NCBI GenBank assembly: GCA_964645605.1
Contig: CAZYCE010000004.1
Coordinates: forward strand, 3,934 to 67,933
Direction of reading: 5' to 3'
Length of the DNA: 64,000 bases
Source of the DNA: an uncultured Gammaproteobacteria bacterium
GTDB taxonomy: Bacteria; Patescibacteriota; Microgenomatia; UBA8517
The translations under genes and the position numbers were made by a program. The notes beneath the pieces are model-generated. The model saw nothing but the letters and a program-made list of their open reading frames with translations. It ran no database searches and had not been told where the DNA came from. Shown here in pieces: positions 8,691 to 18,763 of the stretch (positions within the stretch are counted from its first letter, which is position 1; the number at the start of each line of letters is the position of its first letter).

Positions 8691-10163
8691 TTAATTACTG
8701 AATATTTCTTCAGCAGCTTTAATTATATCTTTATCTTTTCCCTCAGTCAAAACGCTTTCAATTTTTGCCTCTTCCATGATCTTTTTTGGCGGAGGTTCCA
8801 CCAAAATACAGCAAACCTTGGTCGGGGATTGAAGTACCTTTCCAACCACTTCTTCAAGGATTTTCCTGTGCTTTGCCTCCTCAAGACGCTCTTTATGAAA
8901 CTTATAATAAACCCCAAGAGTAAGGACTTTTCCGTTATAAGACACGGGTTTTGCGGCTCTTAATAGTGCTTCCATCGAAGCGTTAATCGGTTTAACAAGG
9001 GCAAGAATGTTTTTCCAGGCGTCATCCTGCATGGTCATTTCCCCCTCAATAACTACCCGTTCCTGTGTCTGCACGCCCTCTTCTTTAGATTTTTTTTCTT
9101 TCCGAGAATCCACATTCCCCGAACCGCTCTCTATCCGACCATCGCCGCACCAACTAATAAGTGCCAGCTCGAGAGGAAGCTCCTCAATCGGCGAACTGCC
9201 TATTTGCCCGTAAGCGTTATCCAAAAGATCAATGAGGGTGATAAGCTCGTCTTTTGACAAATCTTTTAATAAGTCCTCACCTACTCCGACTTTTGCCAGG
9301 AGTGAGTTTCTCAATCTTTTAATTAAAGATTCCAAAAAAATCTCTATACTTGCACCGTTTGTACAAAGGTTTTCCAGTTCCATCAAAAGCTCTTTTATGT
9401 TTTTACTTATAAGAAGGGATGTAAATTTATCGAGATCGAAGGATTTATTTTTGAATAAAAACTCACCGACAGCATCTTTGGAAAGATTCTTTTCTTCAGA
9501 AACCAACTGTTCCAAAATTTTAATTCCGTCACGGAATGAGCCGTCTGCTGCGGCCGCGATAAGGGAAAGGGACTCATCATCAATTTTAATCTTTTCCCCT
9601 TCGGTAACCCTTTTGAGAGACCTTACCAGCTCCGAGTTTGTGGCTTTTTTAAATTGGATAAGCGTCGTTCTTGAGCGGATTGTGTCGATTAGCCTTTCAG
9701 GGTTGGTGGTTGCCAAAATAAAGACAACGTGCCCAGGAGGTTCTTCCAGAGTTTTTAAGAGGGCATTGCTCGCCTCGGTTGTCAGCATGTGCACCTCGTC
9801 TATTATGTAAACTTTCTTTTTGGCAGAAACCGGAGTAAGTTTAACCGCATCTCTAAGCATCCTGACGTCATCTATTCCGCGATGCGAGGCCGCATCCATT
9901 TCAACAACATCAAGATTTGACCCGTTTGTGATTGCGGTGCACTGTTTGCATTTATCGCAAGGCTTCCCATTCTTGATGTCCTCACAATTTATTATTTTTG
10001 CCAAAATTCTGGCGGCCGAAGTTTTTCCTGTTCCTTTCGGTCCCGCAAACAGGAATGCATGGGGAATAGATTTTCTGGAAACAATTTTTTTTAAAGACTC
10101 ACTGACATCGGCTAAATCCAATTCGTCTAGATTCTTCGGGCGGTATTTAAGATATAAAGTCAT
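8691..10163 (-). CDS. dnaX: DNA polymerase III subunit gamma/tau
   Basis: Walker A (FAGPKGTGKTS); zinc module (CEDIKNGKPCDKCKQC); DEVHML box; SRT sensor motif. Confidence 0.9.
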   Translation of the reverse strand: MTLYLKYRPKNLDELDLADVSESLKKIVSRKSIPHAFLFAGPKGTGKTSAARILAKIINCEDIKNGKPCDKCKQCTAITNGSNLDVVEMDAASHRGIDDVRMLRDAVKLTPVSAKKKVYIIDEVHMLTTEASNALLKTLEEPPGHVVFILATTNPERLIDTIRSRTTLIQFKKATNSELVRSLKRVTEGEKIKIDDESLSLIAAAADGSFRDGIKILEQLVSEEKNLSKDAVGEFLFKNKSFDLDKFTSLLISKNIKELLMELENLCTNGASIEIFLESLIKRLRNSLLAKVGVGEDLLKDLSKDELITLIDLLDNAYGQIGSSPIEELPLELALISWCGDGRIESGSGNVDSRKEKKSKEEGVQTQERVVIEGEMTMQDDAWKNILALVKPINASMEALLRAAKPVSYNGKVLTLGVYYKFHKERLEEAKHRKILEEVVGKVLQSPTKVCCILVEPPPKKIMEEAKIESVLTEGKDKDIIKAAEEIFSN

Positions 10164-10598
10164 TTATTCTTTGTGATGAATTCCCATTAAATGCATTGCT
10201 CCGTGTTCTACTAATTCATATATTCTCTCGTCAATCAAGACGTCCTCGTCAATTGCCTCTTTTACGGCCAGAGGGTAACAAACGGCAATTTCACCCAGCC
10301 TGATTTTACCGTCCGGCGGGTAGATAAACTCCTTTTTTTCTTCCTCCGTAACAAATGACAAAACATTATGGAGTTTGCCGTCCTTTAAAAACTTATCCCC
10401 TATCTCCATCATTTTTTTCTCTCCAACAATTGCCACTGAAACCTCCGCATCGGAAACTATACCCTGCTTTTTAAAAAAATCTGATAATCTTTTTTTAATA
10501 GCCGGGGTTTTAACAGGATAATTAGACTGTTTGGTGATCAGAACTTTAACCATTAAGTTTTTCTCTAACCAACTGGGCAATTTTTCCTCCGTCTGCAT
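10164..10598 (-). CDS. ybeY: rRNA maturation endoribonuclease YbeY
   Basis: C-terminal H..H.....H zinc motif (HGAMHLMGIHH). Confidence 0.8.
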   Translation of the reverse strand: MQTEEKLPSWLEKNLMVKVLITKQSNYPVKTPAIKKRLSDFFKKQGIVSDAEVSVAIVGEKKMMEIGDKFLKDGKLHNVLSFVTEEEKKEFIYPPDGKIRLGEIAVCYPLAVKEAIDEDVLIDERIYELVEHGAMHLMGIHHKE

Positions 10599-10986
10599 TG
10601 GGGGCTTTTCCTTTCACAAAGCCTATGACTTTCCCCATATCAGCCAGACCGACGGGTTTAATTTCAGCAACAGCTTTCTCAACAAGCTTGGCTATGTCTT
10701 CATCGCTCATTTCGGGCGGCAAAAATTCAGAAAGAATAGATAACTCCGCTTTTTCTTTTTCCGACAAATCGGCTCTTCCGGCCTTGTCATAAGCCTCAAT
10801 CGAATCGCGCCTTTGCTTAACTTGTTTGCGGATCACCGCAATTTCTTCATCATTAGTTAAGTCATGCTGCAGGGCAATCTGTTCATAATTAAAAGCCGAC
10901 AAAAGAAGCCGTAAGGTTGAAACTCTAGTCTCATCATGTGCTTTCATCGCCTCCCCGATTTTCGCCTGTAAAGTTTGAGTTATCAT
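10546..10986 (-). CDS. GatB/YqeY-domain protein
   Basis: Overall similarity pattern to YqeY (LLLSAF...EIAVIRKQVKQRRDSIEAY...). Confidence 0.7.
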   Translation of the reverse strand: MITQTLQAKIGEAMKAHDETRVSTLRLLLSAFNYEQIALQHDLTNDEEIAVIRKQVKQRRDSIEAYDKAGRADLSEKEKAELSILSEFLPPEMSDEDIAKLVEKAVAEIKPVGLADMGKVIGFVKGKAPNADGGKIAQLVREKLNG

Positions 10987-11477
10987 GATTTATAACCAAT
11001 ATTTCTCAAAAATTGTTTTCTGTCATTCACATCCTTGTCCGTTTCTATCCCCGCCGGAATTTTACCATCAACAACCCCAATAACACTTCTGCCCTTTTCG
11101 GTTTCCGCTATCAAAACCTGAGTGTCATTTGAGGTTGCACAAAAAACATTTACCACCTCGGCTACCGATTGTATTTTTTTCAAAACATTCACCGGATAAA
11201 ATCCTTCCCCGAGAAAAATAATAAAACTGTGGCCCACCGAAATCATTTGGATATTTTTTTGGGCAAGTTTAATCATTTCTCTATCTGTTCCGGAAAATCT
11301 GATTAGCCTAGGACCCGATGCTTCACAAAAAGCCAGTCCGAATTTAATTCCCGGTACCGCAGTTATCAGCGCCTCGTGAATGTCCTCGACCGTTTTAATA
11401 AAATGGCTCTGACCCAATATGAAGTTAACATTCTCGGGCTTTTTTATGTCTATGGCCTCAATTTTAATATTTGGCAT
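10983..11477 (-). CDS. conserved hypothetical protein
   Basis: 164-aa ORF, start overlapping the upstream gene by 4 nt; possibly adenosine-specific-kinase-like (PF04008), recalled from memory and untested. Confidence 0.35.
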   Translation of the reverse strand: MPNIKIEAIDIKKPENVNFILGQSHFIKTVEDIHEALITAVPGIKFGLAFCEASGPRLIRFSGTDREMIKLAQKNIQMISVGHSFIIFLGEGFYPVNVLKKIQSVAEVVNVFCATSNDTQVLIAETEKGRSVIGVVDGKIPAGIETDKDVNDRKQFLRNIGYKS

Positions 11478-11574
11478 AATGGAACCAGTATAGTTTTTTC
11501 ACGAAAAATAGACAAGTAGTGTAAATTATATCAAATGGTTGGGTGGTAATTTTTAATACTCCAAAGCGGAGCAA

Positions 11575-12813
11575 CTATTTTAATCTTTTGAGTAACTCTT
11601 CAAAATCGAGAAATTCAATTTTTTCGGAATTTCTTTCCTTCCACTCAATTTTTTCTCCGTTTCTTTCGGACACAACAAGTCTGACGGGAATACCAATAAG
11701 ATCACTGTCTGCAAATTTTTCTCCAGCGGGAACATCTCGATCGTCCCACAAAACATCTACACCGGCATTGCTCAATTTATGATAAATTTCGCTCGCTGGA
11801 GTTTCCGCTTTCCAATTTCCAATTTTCAATAAATGCACCCGAAACGGGGCTACAGCTTTCGGCCAAATAATTCCGCGGTCATCATGAGAAACTTCCACCA
11901 AAGTTCCCATAACTCTTGTAGACCCAATTCCGTAGCTTGCAAACCAAACCGGTTTTTTCAAACCTTTTTCGTCTGTGTAGTAAACATGCATGCGCTCCGA
12001 ATACCATGTTCCCAACGGAAAAATATTCCCGACCTCTACAGTTTTTTCCAGTTTTTTGATTTTTCCTTCTTTACAGACTGGACATTTTTCTCCCACATTT
12101 CCATCAAATATTTCCTTATTTACGGCATAATCACATATGTCACATATGTAGATCGTATCTTCCCCATTTGCGTTTAATACTTGGAATTCGTGCGTGTGCC
12201 TTTCGGTAAATACGCCTCCTGAGGCCTCAACTATCTTAAAATCGAAGCCGAGACGCTTAAAAATCTTTATATATGCTCCTTTTACTTTCTCGTAATATTC
12301 CATCATATCCTGCTCCGTCGTGTGGGCCGAATAAAGATCTTTCATCATGAATTCCCTACCCCGGAGTATGCCGCTTTTCGCTCTGGGCTCATTTCTGAAT
12401 TTTGTTGAAAAGTGATAAAAGGCAACCGGCAAATCCTGATAGCTTTTGATGTTTTTGCGCAGGAGATCCATTACAATTTCTTCGTGTGTGAATGAAAGAA
12501 CATATTCTTTCTTCCTGGCATCGGCAAGCTTATACATAATCTCGTCCACCTTGTCCCACCTGCCTGTTTCACTCCAAATTTCCTTAGGATGAAGGAGCGG
12601 CATGAGCATTTCCTGGCCGCCAACGGCATTAATTTCTTCTCTTATTATTTGATTAATTTTTGTTATAACCCGAAGTCCCAGCGGTAAAAGTGTCCAGCTA
12701 CCTGACATCAGCTGATCTATATATCCTGCTCTCACAAGAAGTTTATGATTAACACTCTCTGCATCCTTAGGTGCCTCTTTTCTTGTCTTAGGAAAAAGTT
12801 GCGATTGTCTCAT
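11575..12813 (-). CDS. proS: prolyl-tRNA synthetase, short form without editing insertion
   Basis: Class II aaRS motifs (LLVRAGYIDQL...GLRVITKI...EMLMPLLHPKEIW); C-terminal anticodon-binding region. Confidence 0.8.
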   Translation of the reverse strand: MRQSQLFPKTRKEAPKDAESVNHKLLVRAGYIDQLMSGSWTLLPLGLRVITKINQIIREEINAVGGQEMLMPLLHPKEIWSETGRWDKVDEIMYKLADARKKEYVLSFTHEEIVMDLLRKNIKSYQDLPVAFYHFSTKFRNEPRAKSGILRGREFMMKDLYSAHTTEQDMMEYYEKVKGAYIKIFKRLGFDFKIVEASGGVFTERHTHEFQVLNANGEDTIYICDICDYAVNKEIFDGNVGEKCPVCKEGKIKKLEKTVEVGNIFPLGTWYSERMHVYYTDEKGLKKPVWFASYGIGSTRVMGTLVEVSHDDRGIIWPKAVAPFRVHLLKIGNWKAETPASEIYHKLSNAGVDVLWDDRDVPAGEKFADSDLIGIPVRLVVSERNGEKIEWKERNSEKIEFLDFEELLKRLK

Positions 12814-12851
12814 TTTTACCTTGGCAGTACTCCAAGCTCAAGCTTATTGTA

Positions 12852-13973
12852 TCATTTCACCATCGAGTTGATGAAGCCATCTATTCCTCCGGTTGAAATA
12901 AGTCTCCCCGCGTCGCCGACCGTAACAATCAAGAGCAAAGCCATCAAAAGAAGAAAGCCAATATTGTTAACCAACGCCTCGACTTTGGTAGAAATTTTTT
13001 TTCTGGTTACCGCTTCAATACCAATAAAAAGGAGTCTTCCCCCATCAAGCGCCGGGAAAGGAATAATATTTAAAATTGCTAAATTTACGGAAAGAATTCC
13101 TATAAAGTTAATCAAAGCTATAACTCCACCGCGTGATGCTTGAGTTGTTATGGCGTAAATCCCAATCGGTCCTGAAACACCCTGAAGGGCTTCCCCTTTA
13201 AAAATGCCCGATACCAGTCCTCCCAGACCCGTCAGTATAGTTTTTCCCCAGAAAATACCGTCTTTAAACCCGTAATATATTCCATAAAAAGGCCTGAGAT
13301 AGACCGGTGGATAAAAAAGTTCCATCGTACTGATTGTTACTCCTACCGGTCCTTGACCTTCGGGCGGGTTTTGTCTCGGTATTAAAGATATTTCCATAAA
13401 TTGAGTTTGTCCTTCAACTTCCCTTTGAACTTCATAGATGACTGTTTTTCCGGCAGACTTTGCGGTAAGTGCAATAAATGTATCGGATGAGGCAGCTGTC
13501 TCTCCGTTAACTTTTGTAATTGTGTCTCCGGCTACGATTCCTGCCTCTTGAGCGGGAGAGTCGGCTGCCACGTCGACAACTTTCACCTTTCCCGTATCTC
13601 TCGGAATTCCCGAAAAAGAATATACGATCGCGAAAGCAAGAATCGCCAAAACGAAATTCATGACAACTCCAGCAATAACAACAAGGGATCTGACCTTTTT
13701 GCTTTTATGGAGAAAGGAACGCTCTGTGTCCGTTTTGGAATCCTCTTCCTGTTCACCATGCAATCTAACAAAACCGCCGAAGGGAAGGGCATTTATCGAA
13801 TAAATTGTGTCCCCAACCTTTTTGCCCCAAATACGTGGAGGGAGCCCAAATCCGAATTCTTCAACTTTAATTCCCGACCTTCTGGCAACGATAAAATGGC
13901 CGAATTCATGGCTTAAAACCAATATTGAAAGAACTAATATAAATATGAGGATTGAGCCAAACATTGAAAACAA
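12852..13973 (-). CDS. rseP: RIP metalloprotease RseP (M50 site-2 protease with PDZ domain)
   Basis: HEFGH zinc motif in the first TM helix; central PDZ; C-terminal LDGG motif. Confidence 0.85.
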   Translation of the reverse strand: MFSMFGSILIFILVLSILVLSHEFGHFIVARRSGIKVEEFGFGLPPRIWGKKVGDTIYSINALPFGGFVRLHGEQEEDSKTDTERSFLHKSKKVRSLVVIAGVVMNFVLAILAFAIVYSFSGIPRDTGKVKVVDVAADSPAQEAGIVAGDTITKVNGETAASSDTFIALTAKSAGKTVIYEVQREVEGQTQFMEISLIPRQNPPEGQGPVGVTISTMELFYPPVYLRPFYGIYYGFKDGIFWGKTILTGLGGLVSGIFKGEALQGVSGPIGIYAITTQASRGGVIALINFIGILSVNLAILNIIPFPALDGGRLLFIGIEAVTRKKISTKVEALVNNIGFLLLMALLLIVTVGDAGRLISTGGIDGFINSMVK

Positions 13974-14009
13974 GTATAACCTAAATAGCGTTAACTATGA
14001 AGTAGAAAA

Positions 14010-14579
14010 TTAAATTTGTAAAAGCTCCGTTTTCTTCTTCTCGCCTATTTCGTCAATTTTATCTATAAACTCATCGGTAATTTCCTGAAGTTTTTTTTCA
14101 AAACCAAATTTATCATCCTCAGTGATTTCTTTTGCCTCGAATTTGGTTTTAATATCATGCATTTCATCTGCTCTAACCTGACGTATTGCTACTTTTCCAT
14201 TTTCAAGTTTTCCCGAAAGAAGTTTTACGTATTTTTCTCTGTCTTCTGTGGTCATTTGAGGAATAACAATTCTAATTATTTCTCCATCTATTGAGGGGTT
14301 TAGACCGACTCCTGCCTCGACAATTCCCTTCCTAATATCTCCGATTATTGATTTATCCCAAGGATTAATAACGATCTGGCCAGGATCAGGGACGGAAATT
14401 GTTGCAAGTTCCATTACACGAAGCCTCTGGGTCCCTCCATACGCGGGACAAATTATGTTTTCGACAAGCGCTGAGGTTGCACGACCTGTTCTGATTGTCC
14501 CAATATCGGAGGCAACAGCATCGAGGGTTAACTGCATTTTAGATCGTATTGAGGATTCGTCCATAAATATAATTACCAA
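14010..14579 (-). CDS. frr: ribosome recycling factor
   Basis: Characteristic Frr sequence; about 185 aa; follows tsf directly with no pyrH between. Confidence 0.9.
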   Translation of the reverse strand: MVIIFMDESSIRSKMQLTLDAVASDIGTIRTGRATSALVENIICPAYGGTQRLRVMELATISVPDPGQIVINPWDKSIIGDIRKGIVEAGVGLNPSIDGEIIRIVIPQMTTEDREKYVKLLSGKLENGKVAIRQVRADEMHDIKTKFEAKEITEDDKFGFEKKLQEITDEFIDKIDEIGEKKKTELLQI

Positions 14580-14684
14580 GCAGTAATTATCAATTTACAA
14601 TAAATTTATAATTTATCAATAACCAAGTTTTCAAAAATTTTCAAAGTAATAATTTAATGAAAATTGGAGCTTGAAAATTGGAAA

Positions 14685-15176
14685 TTACTGTTTCCCAAGT
14701 TCTATTCTAACCATCCTCCCGAGTTTGATGTTCTCCCCGGTTTTGGCAATAAGTTCCTTGACTAAATCAGAAACCTTTTTACTGGAGTCTTTGATAAAAT
14801 CTTGATTTTCAAAATCCTTTTCCCCCATCGACGCCACCTGCATCGCCAGATCTTTTCCCAAAGCCTCAAAAAGCTCGGTTTTCGCAACAAAATCCGTCTC
14901 ACAGAGAAGTTCAACAATTCCTACTACTTTGCCTGTGTGATGAGCATACACAAATACTTTACCCTCAGAAGTTTCCCTATCTTCTCTTTTTGAAGCCTTT
15001 TCCAAACTTTCTTTCTTAAGAATTTCCAGAGCTTTTTTTTCGTCCCCCTCCACATCCTCCAAAACTTCACGAATTCTGATAATGGCAACTCCGGTTTTTT
15101 CCCTAAGTTTTTTAATTAAATTTATGTCTATTTTTGTCATTTGTGTAATAGGTTTAACACTAAGTCTATCTCCCAA
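14685..15176 (-). CDS. tsf: elongation factor Ts (short form)
   Basis: N-terminal UBA-like LIKKLREKTGVAIIRIREVLE; probable true start at internal MTKIDIN near 15140. Confidence 0.8.
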   Translation of the reverse strand: MGDRLSVKPITQMTKIDINLIKKLREKTGVAIIRIREVLEDVEGDEKKALEILKKESLEKASKREDRETSEGKVFVYAHHTGKVVGIVELLCETDFVAKTELFEALGKDLAMQVASMGEKDFENQDFIKDSSKKVSDLVKELIAKTGENIKLGRMVRIELGKQ

Positions 15177-15225
15177 GGAACTTGTTTACATAAACTCCTG
15201 ACAGAATTTTATATTAATAAAATGT

Positions 15226-15912
15226 TTATTTCCCTGAAATCGCTTTTGCGACCAATTCAAGAATATACTCCAGGGCCTTGCTGGCATCGTCGTTCATCGG
15301 AATCGGATAATCTATGGGGTCTGGATCGGCGTTGCTGTCGACTACTCCGACAACAGGAATCTTTTTTGTATTTGCTTCATGAACCGCAGCCGTCTCCCTT
15401 TTAGTATCAATTACAAAAAGCACATCCGGTGTGCCAGTGAGATTTTTAATACCGCCGAAAAATTTCTCAAGACGGGCAATCTCGCGATCTATTAACAGTC
15501 TTTCTTTTTTAGTGTACTTATTATATGTTCCGTCAAGAAGATTCTGCTTCATCTCTTCCATTCTGTCTATTGAACGCTTCATTTGACTAAAATTTGAGAT
15601 TGTTCCACCAAGCCATCTTTCGTTAACGTAGGGAACACCTGCCCTTTCGGCGATTTCGGCAACTTTATCCTTGATCTGCTTTTTGGTGCCAAGAATGAGA
15701 ATTTTTTTACCTTCTTTTGCGGATTTTGCCAAAAAATCCAAAGCTTCCTCGATCATGGATTTTGTTTTAATTAAATCAAAAATATGAACGCCACCTTCCT
15801 GACCATAAAGATATTCCTCCATTTTTGGATTCCAACGCTTGGTTTGATGCCCAAAATGAGCACCAGCATCCATCAAATCTTCGAGTGAAACATTAATCTT
15901 TGGCATTGACAA
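15226..15912 (-). CDS. rpsB: 30S ribosomal protein S2
   Basis: MLDAGAHFGHQTKRWNPKM signature. Confidence 0.95.
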   Translation of the reverse strand: MSMPKINVSLEDLMDAGAHFGHQTKRWNPKMEEYLYGQEGGVHIFDLIKTKSMIEEALDFLAKSAKEGKKILILGTKKQIKDKVAEIAERAGVPYVNERWLGGTISNFSQMKRSIDRMEEMKQNLLDGTYNKYTKKERLLIDREIARLEKFFGGIKNLTGTPDVLFVIDTKRETAAVHEANTKKIPVVGVVDSNADPDPIDYPIPMNDDASKALEYILELVAKAISGK

Positions 15913-15932
15913 TATTTTTGTTTCCTTAGTCC

Positions 15933-15972
15933 TCCGCAGGTTGGAAGCAATCCAGGAAACATAACCTGCGTG
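15933..15972 (-). promoter_or_regulatory. stem-loop in the rpsB 5' leader (8-bp stem CGCAGGUU/AACCUGCG) just upstream of the GGAGGA Shine-Dalgarno
   Basis: Inverted repeat read on the minus strand; position matches known S2 autoregulatory leaders. Confidence 0.35.
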
Positions 15973-15984
15973 TGTAAGTGTATT

Positions 15985-16794
15985 CTAACAGGCGCTGATC
16001 AGGTTTTCAAGTAGACAGCTAATGGTCACGGGGCCTACCCCCCCGGGAACAGGCGTAAAAAATCCTGCCTTATCGGATACGGCCGGATCTACATCCCCCT
16101 TTGGTGAACCTACATCGATAACAACAGCACCCGGCTTTATCATGCCTGGTTTAATAAGTCCCGGTACGCCGGTTGCACTAATAACTACATCGGCAGATTT
16201 TGTGATTTTACCCAAACCAGTGGTCTTTTCGTTAGCTCCATATACACGGTAGCCTTCAGCCTTAAGTTCTTTTACAAGAGGGGCTCCAACCATCCCGGTG
16301 GCACCAACAACAGCCACTGTACAAGACCGGGTCTTGTATGATAGTCGCAGAATTTTTTCGGCTTCGTGGAGTATGTCCATAACCGCCTTTGATGTCGGAT
16401 GTAAAAACTCGCTACCGGGTCTTAGTCCGTCTACATCTTTTTTGGGATCGATTGCGTTAATTATGTAATCTTCGTGTTTGGCAAACTCGCCGGGAAGCGG
16501 AAGCTGAATCATTATTCCGTTGAAGGCATCATCGGTGTTCAACGTATCTATAAGTAAAATCAGATCGTCAACTTTTGTGCTCATATTTATAAAGTAGACG
16601 TCCACTTCTGCCCCGACTCTTTCTGCCGCCTTCTTTTTCAAATTTACGTAGAGCTTACTGGCCGGGTCGTCACCAACCAAAATTGAAGCCAGTTTAGGGT
16701 AAACTCCGCGGGCCTTAAGACCTATTATTCGAAGTCCTAGTGAGGATTCTTTTTCTGCCGCAAAAGCGCGACCGTCAAAAATAATTGTCTTCAT
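15985..16794 (-). CDS. folD: bifunctional methylenetetrahydrofolate dehydrogenase/cyclohydrolase
   Basis: ILVGDDPAS...YV..K; Rossmann GxGxxVG; 269 aa. Confidence 0.9.
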   Translation of the reverse strand: MKTIIFDGRAFAAEKESSLGLRIIGLKARGVYPKLASILVGDDPASKLYVNLKKKAAERVGAEVDVYFINMSTKVDDLILLIDTLNTDDAFNGIMIQLPLPGEFAKHEDYIINAIDPKKDVDGLRPGSEFLHPTSKAVMDILHEAEKILRLSYKTRSCTVAVVGATGMVGAPLVKELKAEGYRVYGANEKTTGLGKITKSADVVISATGVPGLIKPGMIKPGAVVIDVGSPKGDVDPAVSDKAGFFTPVPGGVGPVTISCLLENLISAC

Positions 16795-16826
16795 ATGCGT
16801 ATTCTACTACAAGTTGAGGCTAAAAA

Positions 16827-18131
16827 CTATTTAGGGGTGGGGAAATTTGCGCAAAACGTTTTTACACTGGAGGCAATACTGCTTAAAAATTCATCCTTTT
16901 CAATTTTTGCGCGGAAAACCTTCATAAATTCACCCCTTTTTTCCTTGTCAGCGGGAAGAATATCGCCTTTAATATGATCAATTACTTTAATAATCCAGCC
17001 GGCAATTATTTTCATTTCAGCCTCTTTCATTCCCCTGGTTGTAACACTGGGAGTGCCAAGTCTAATTCCTGAAGGATAAAATGGCGGTGCAGGATCGTTT
17101 GGTACCGAGTTTTTATTCACAACAATACCGGCTTTTTCTAGAGCCTCTGCCGCCACATTTCCGGATAGTCCAAGAGGTCTCAAGTCGATAACTATTAAAT
17201 GGCACTCTGTTCCGCCGGCAACCAATGTTAGACCTTCTTTTTGAAGTTCTTCAGCAAAAGTTTTGGCATTTTTAACAATCTGTTCTCCGTATTTCCTAAA
17301 CCCGTTCGTGTCCGCCTCTATTAAAGCTTGGGCGATGCCGGCAGTGGTGTTATCGTGGGGACCTCCCTGAAGACCCGGAAAAACCGCTTTATCTATTTTT
17401 ACCGAAACTTCGGCATCTTTTTCAATTCCCTTTTTTGTAACCATTATCATTGCCCCCCTTGGGCCTCTTAAGGTTTTGTGGGTTGTGGTCGTAATGACAT
17501 GGGCAAAAGGAACCGGTGACGGATATTCGCCAGCCAGAACCAGACCTGAAACATGGGAAATATCGGCAACCAACCACGCGCCAATTTCGTCGGCAATTTT
17601 TCCAAAACGCTCCCAATCAAGAATCCGGGGGTACGCCGTAGTTCCGATTATCATTAGCTTTGGCTTTTCCTCCATCGCTAGTTTTTCCACTTCATCGTAA
17701 TCGATTATTCCGTCATTTTTTGTTCCGAATTGAATCGATTTGTAAAACCTACCGGAGAAGGTAATGTCGGGGTGTCCGTGCGTCAAATGACCCCCCGAAG
17801 AAAGCTTTAGCCCCATTATTGTGTTGCCGGGATTGACTAATGCAAAAAGGACTTCAGAATTCGCTGGAGAGCCGGAGTACGGTTGGACATTTACATGTTC
17901 AACTTTAAAAAGTTCTTTTGCTTTCTCAATTGCAAAAGTCTCAATTTCATCAACAATTCCATTTCCCCGATAATAACGCCTACCGGGATACCCCTCGGAA
18001 TATTTATTCATTAGTTTTGACCCCACGGCTTCCCTGACTGCCTTTGAGGCATAATTTTCGGAAGGGATCATCATCAGAGTTTCCTCCTGGCGTTTTTCTT
18101 CCTCTTTGATCATCTTTTGGACATTTATCAT
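16827..18131 (-). CDS. glyA: serine hydroxymethyltransferase
   Basis: MIPSENY..., PLP-lysine region TTTTHKTLRGPRG. Confidence 0.95.
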   Translation of the reverse strand: MINVQKMIKEEEKRQEETLMMIPSENYASKAVREAVGSKLMNKYSEGYPGRRYYRGNGIVDEIETFAIEKAKELFKVEHVNVQPYSGSPANSEVLFALVNPGNTIMGLKLSSGGHLTHGHPDITFSGRFYKSIQFGTKNDGIIDYDEVEKLAMEEKPKLMIIGTTAYPRILDWERFGKIADEIGAWLVADISHVSGLVLAGEYPSPVPFAHVITTTTHKTLRGPRGAMIMVTKKGIEKDAEVSVKIDKAVFPGLQGGPHDNTTAGIAQALIEADTNGFRKYGEQIVKNAKTFAEELQKEGLTLVAGGTECHLIVIDLRPLGLSGNVAAEALEKAGIVVNKNSVPNDPAPPFYPSGIRLGTPSVTTRGMKEAEMKIIAGWIIKVIDHIKGDILPADKEKRGEFMKVFRAKIEKDEFLSSIASSVKTFCANFPTPK

Positions 18132-18763
18132 TTTTGGAGATTTCTTAATATTGCTTCCTTTATTCTACCATGCACTTGTTCTATCGAGCCATTTGAATCA
18201 ACCACAATCCATCCTTTTTCTTGGGCCAGAAGTTCATGAATTTTTCTATTCTTTTCCCAACCGTTGCTCTGTTCATGTAAATGATCTCTCTCAATCCCGG
18301 AAGTAAATCTCTCGCCAATCATGCAAAGCGCCAAATCTTCTTTTAGTAAACCTTTGTTGATTTTCTCTAACTCCTTTTTAGGGACACCGAACGTCATACC
18401 CCATGCAATACCTGTTCCTTTATAATCCTCAGCAACTACCCACTCTCCATCATTGAGCCTTGAGCGTAAAATCGGTTCGTAGTCTATTCGGTTTTGAGCA
18501 AAAATTTTCTGTGTTTCCAGCGGAGGCAGGATTTCTATATGGTGCCGTAAGATGCCGTTCAATCTTGGCCCTGTAGGTTCCAAGTCATACACTGGATATT
18601 TTAAATACGAAGCATTAATTCCTTCCTCTTTCAACCAACTGACAATTTTATTTACTTGAGTCGTTTTACCGATATTGTTGGGTCCGTAGACAACAATAAA
18701 TTTTCCTCTTTCGCTCATCTTCGTAATCTTGTTGCTAACTTCCAAGCCCGGGTGTGTGGTCAT
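18128..18763 (-). CDS. thymidylate kinase-like P-loop kinase
   Basis: Walker A (YGPNNIGKTTQ) and overall Tmk-like spacing; likely true start at internal MSERGKF near 18718. Confidence 0.55.
   Translation of the reverse strand: MTTHPGLEVSNKITKMSERGKFIVVYGPNNIGKTTQVNKIVSWLKEEGINASYLKYPVYDLEPTGPRLNGILRHHIEILPPLETQKIFAQNRIDYEPILRSRLNDGEWVVAEDYKGTGIAWGMTFGVPKKELEKINKGLLKEDLALCMIGERFTSGIERDHLHEQSNGWEKNRKIHELLAQEKGWIVVDSNGSIEQVHGRIKEAILRNLQK

Noticed and set aside
9007-10176. Plus-strand ORFs 9007-9213, 9232-9810 and 9820-10176
   Set aside because: Antisense to dnaX, which has unmistakable motifs on the minus strand; Ser-rich artefacts.
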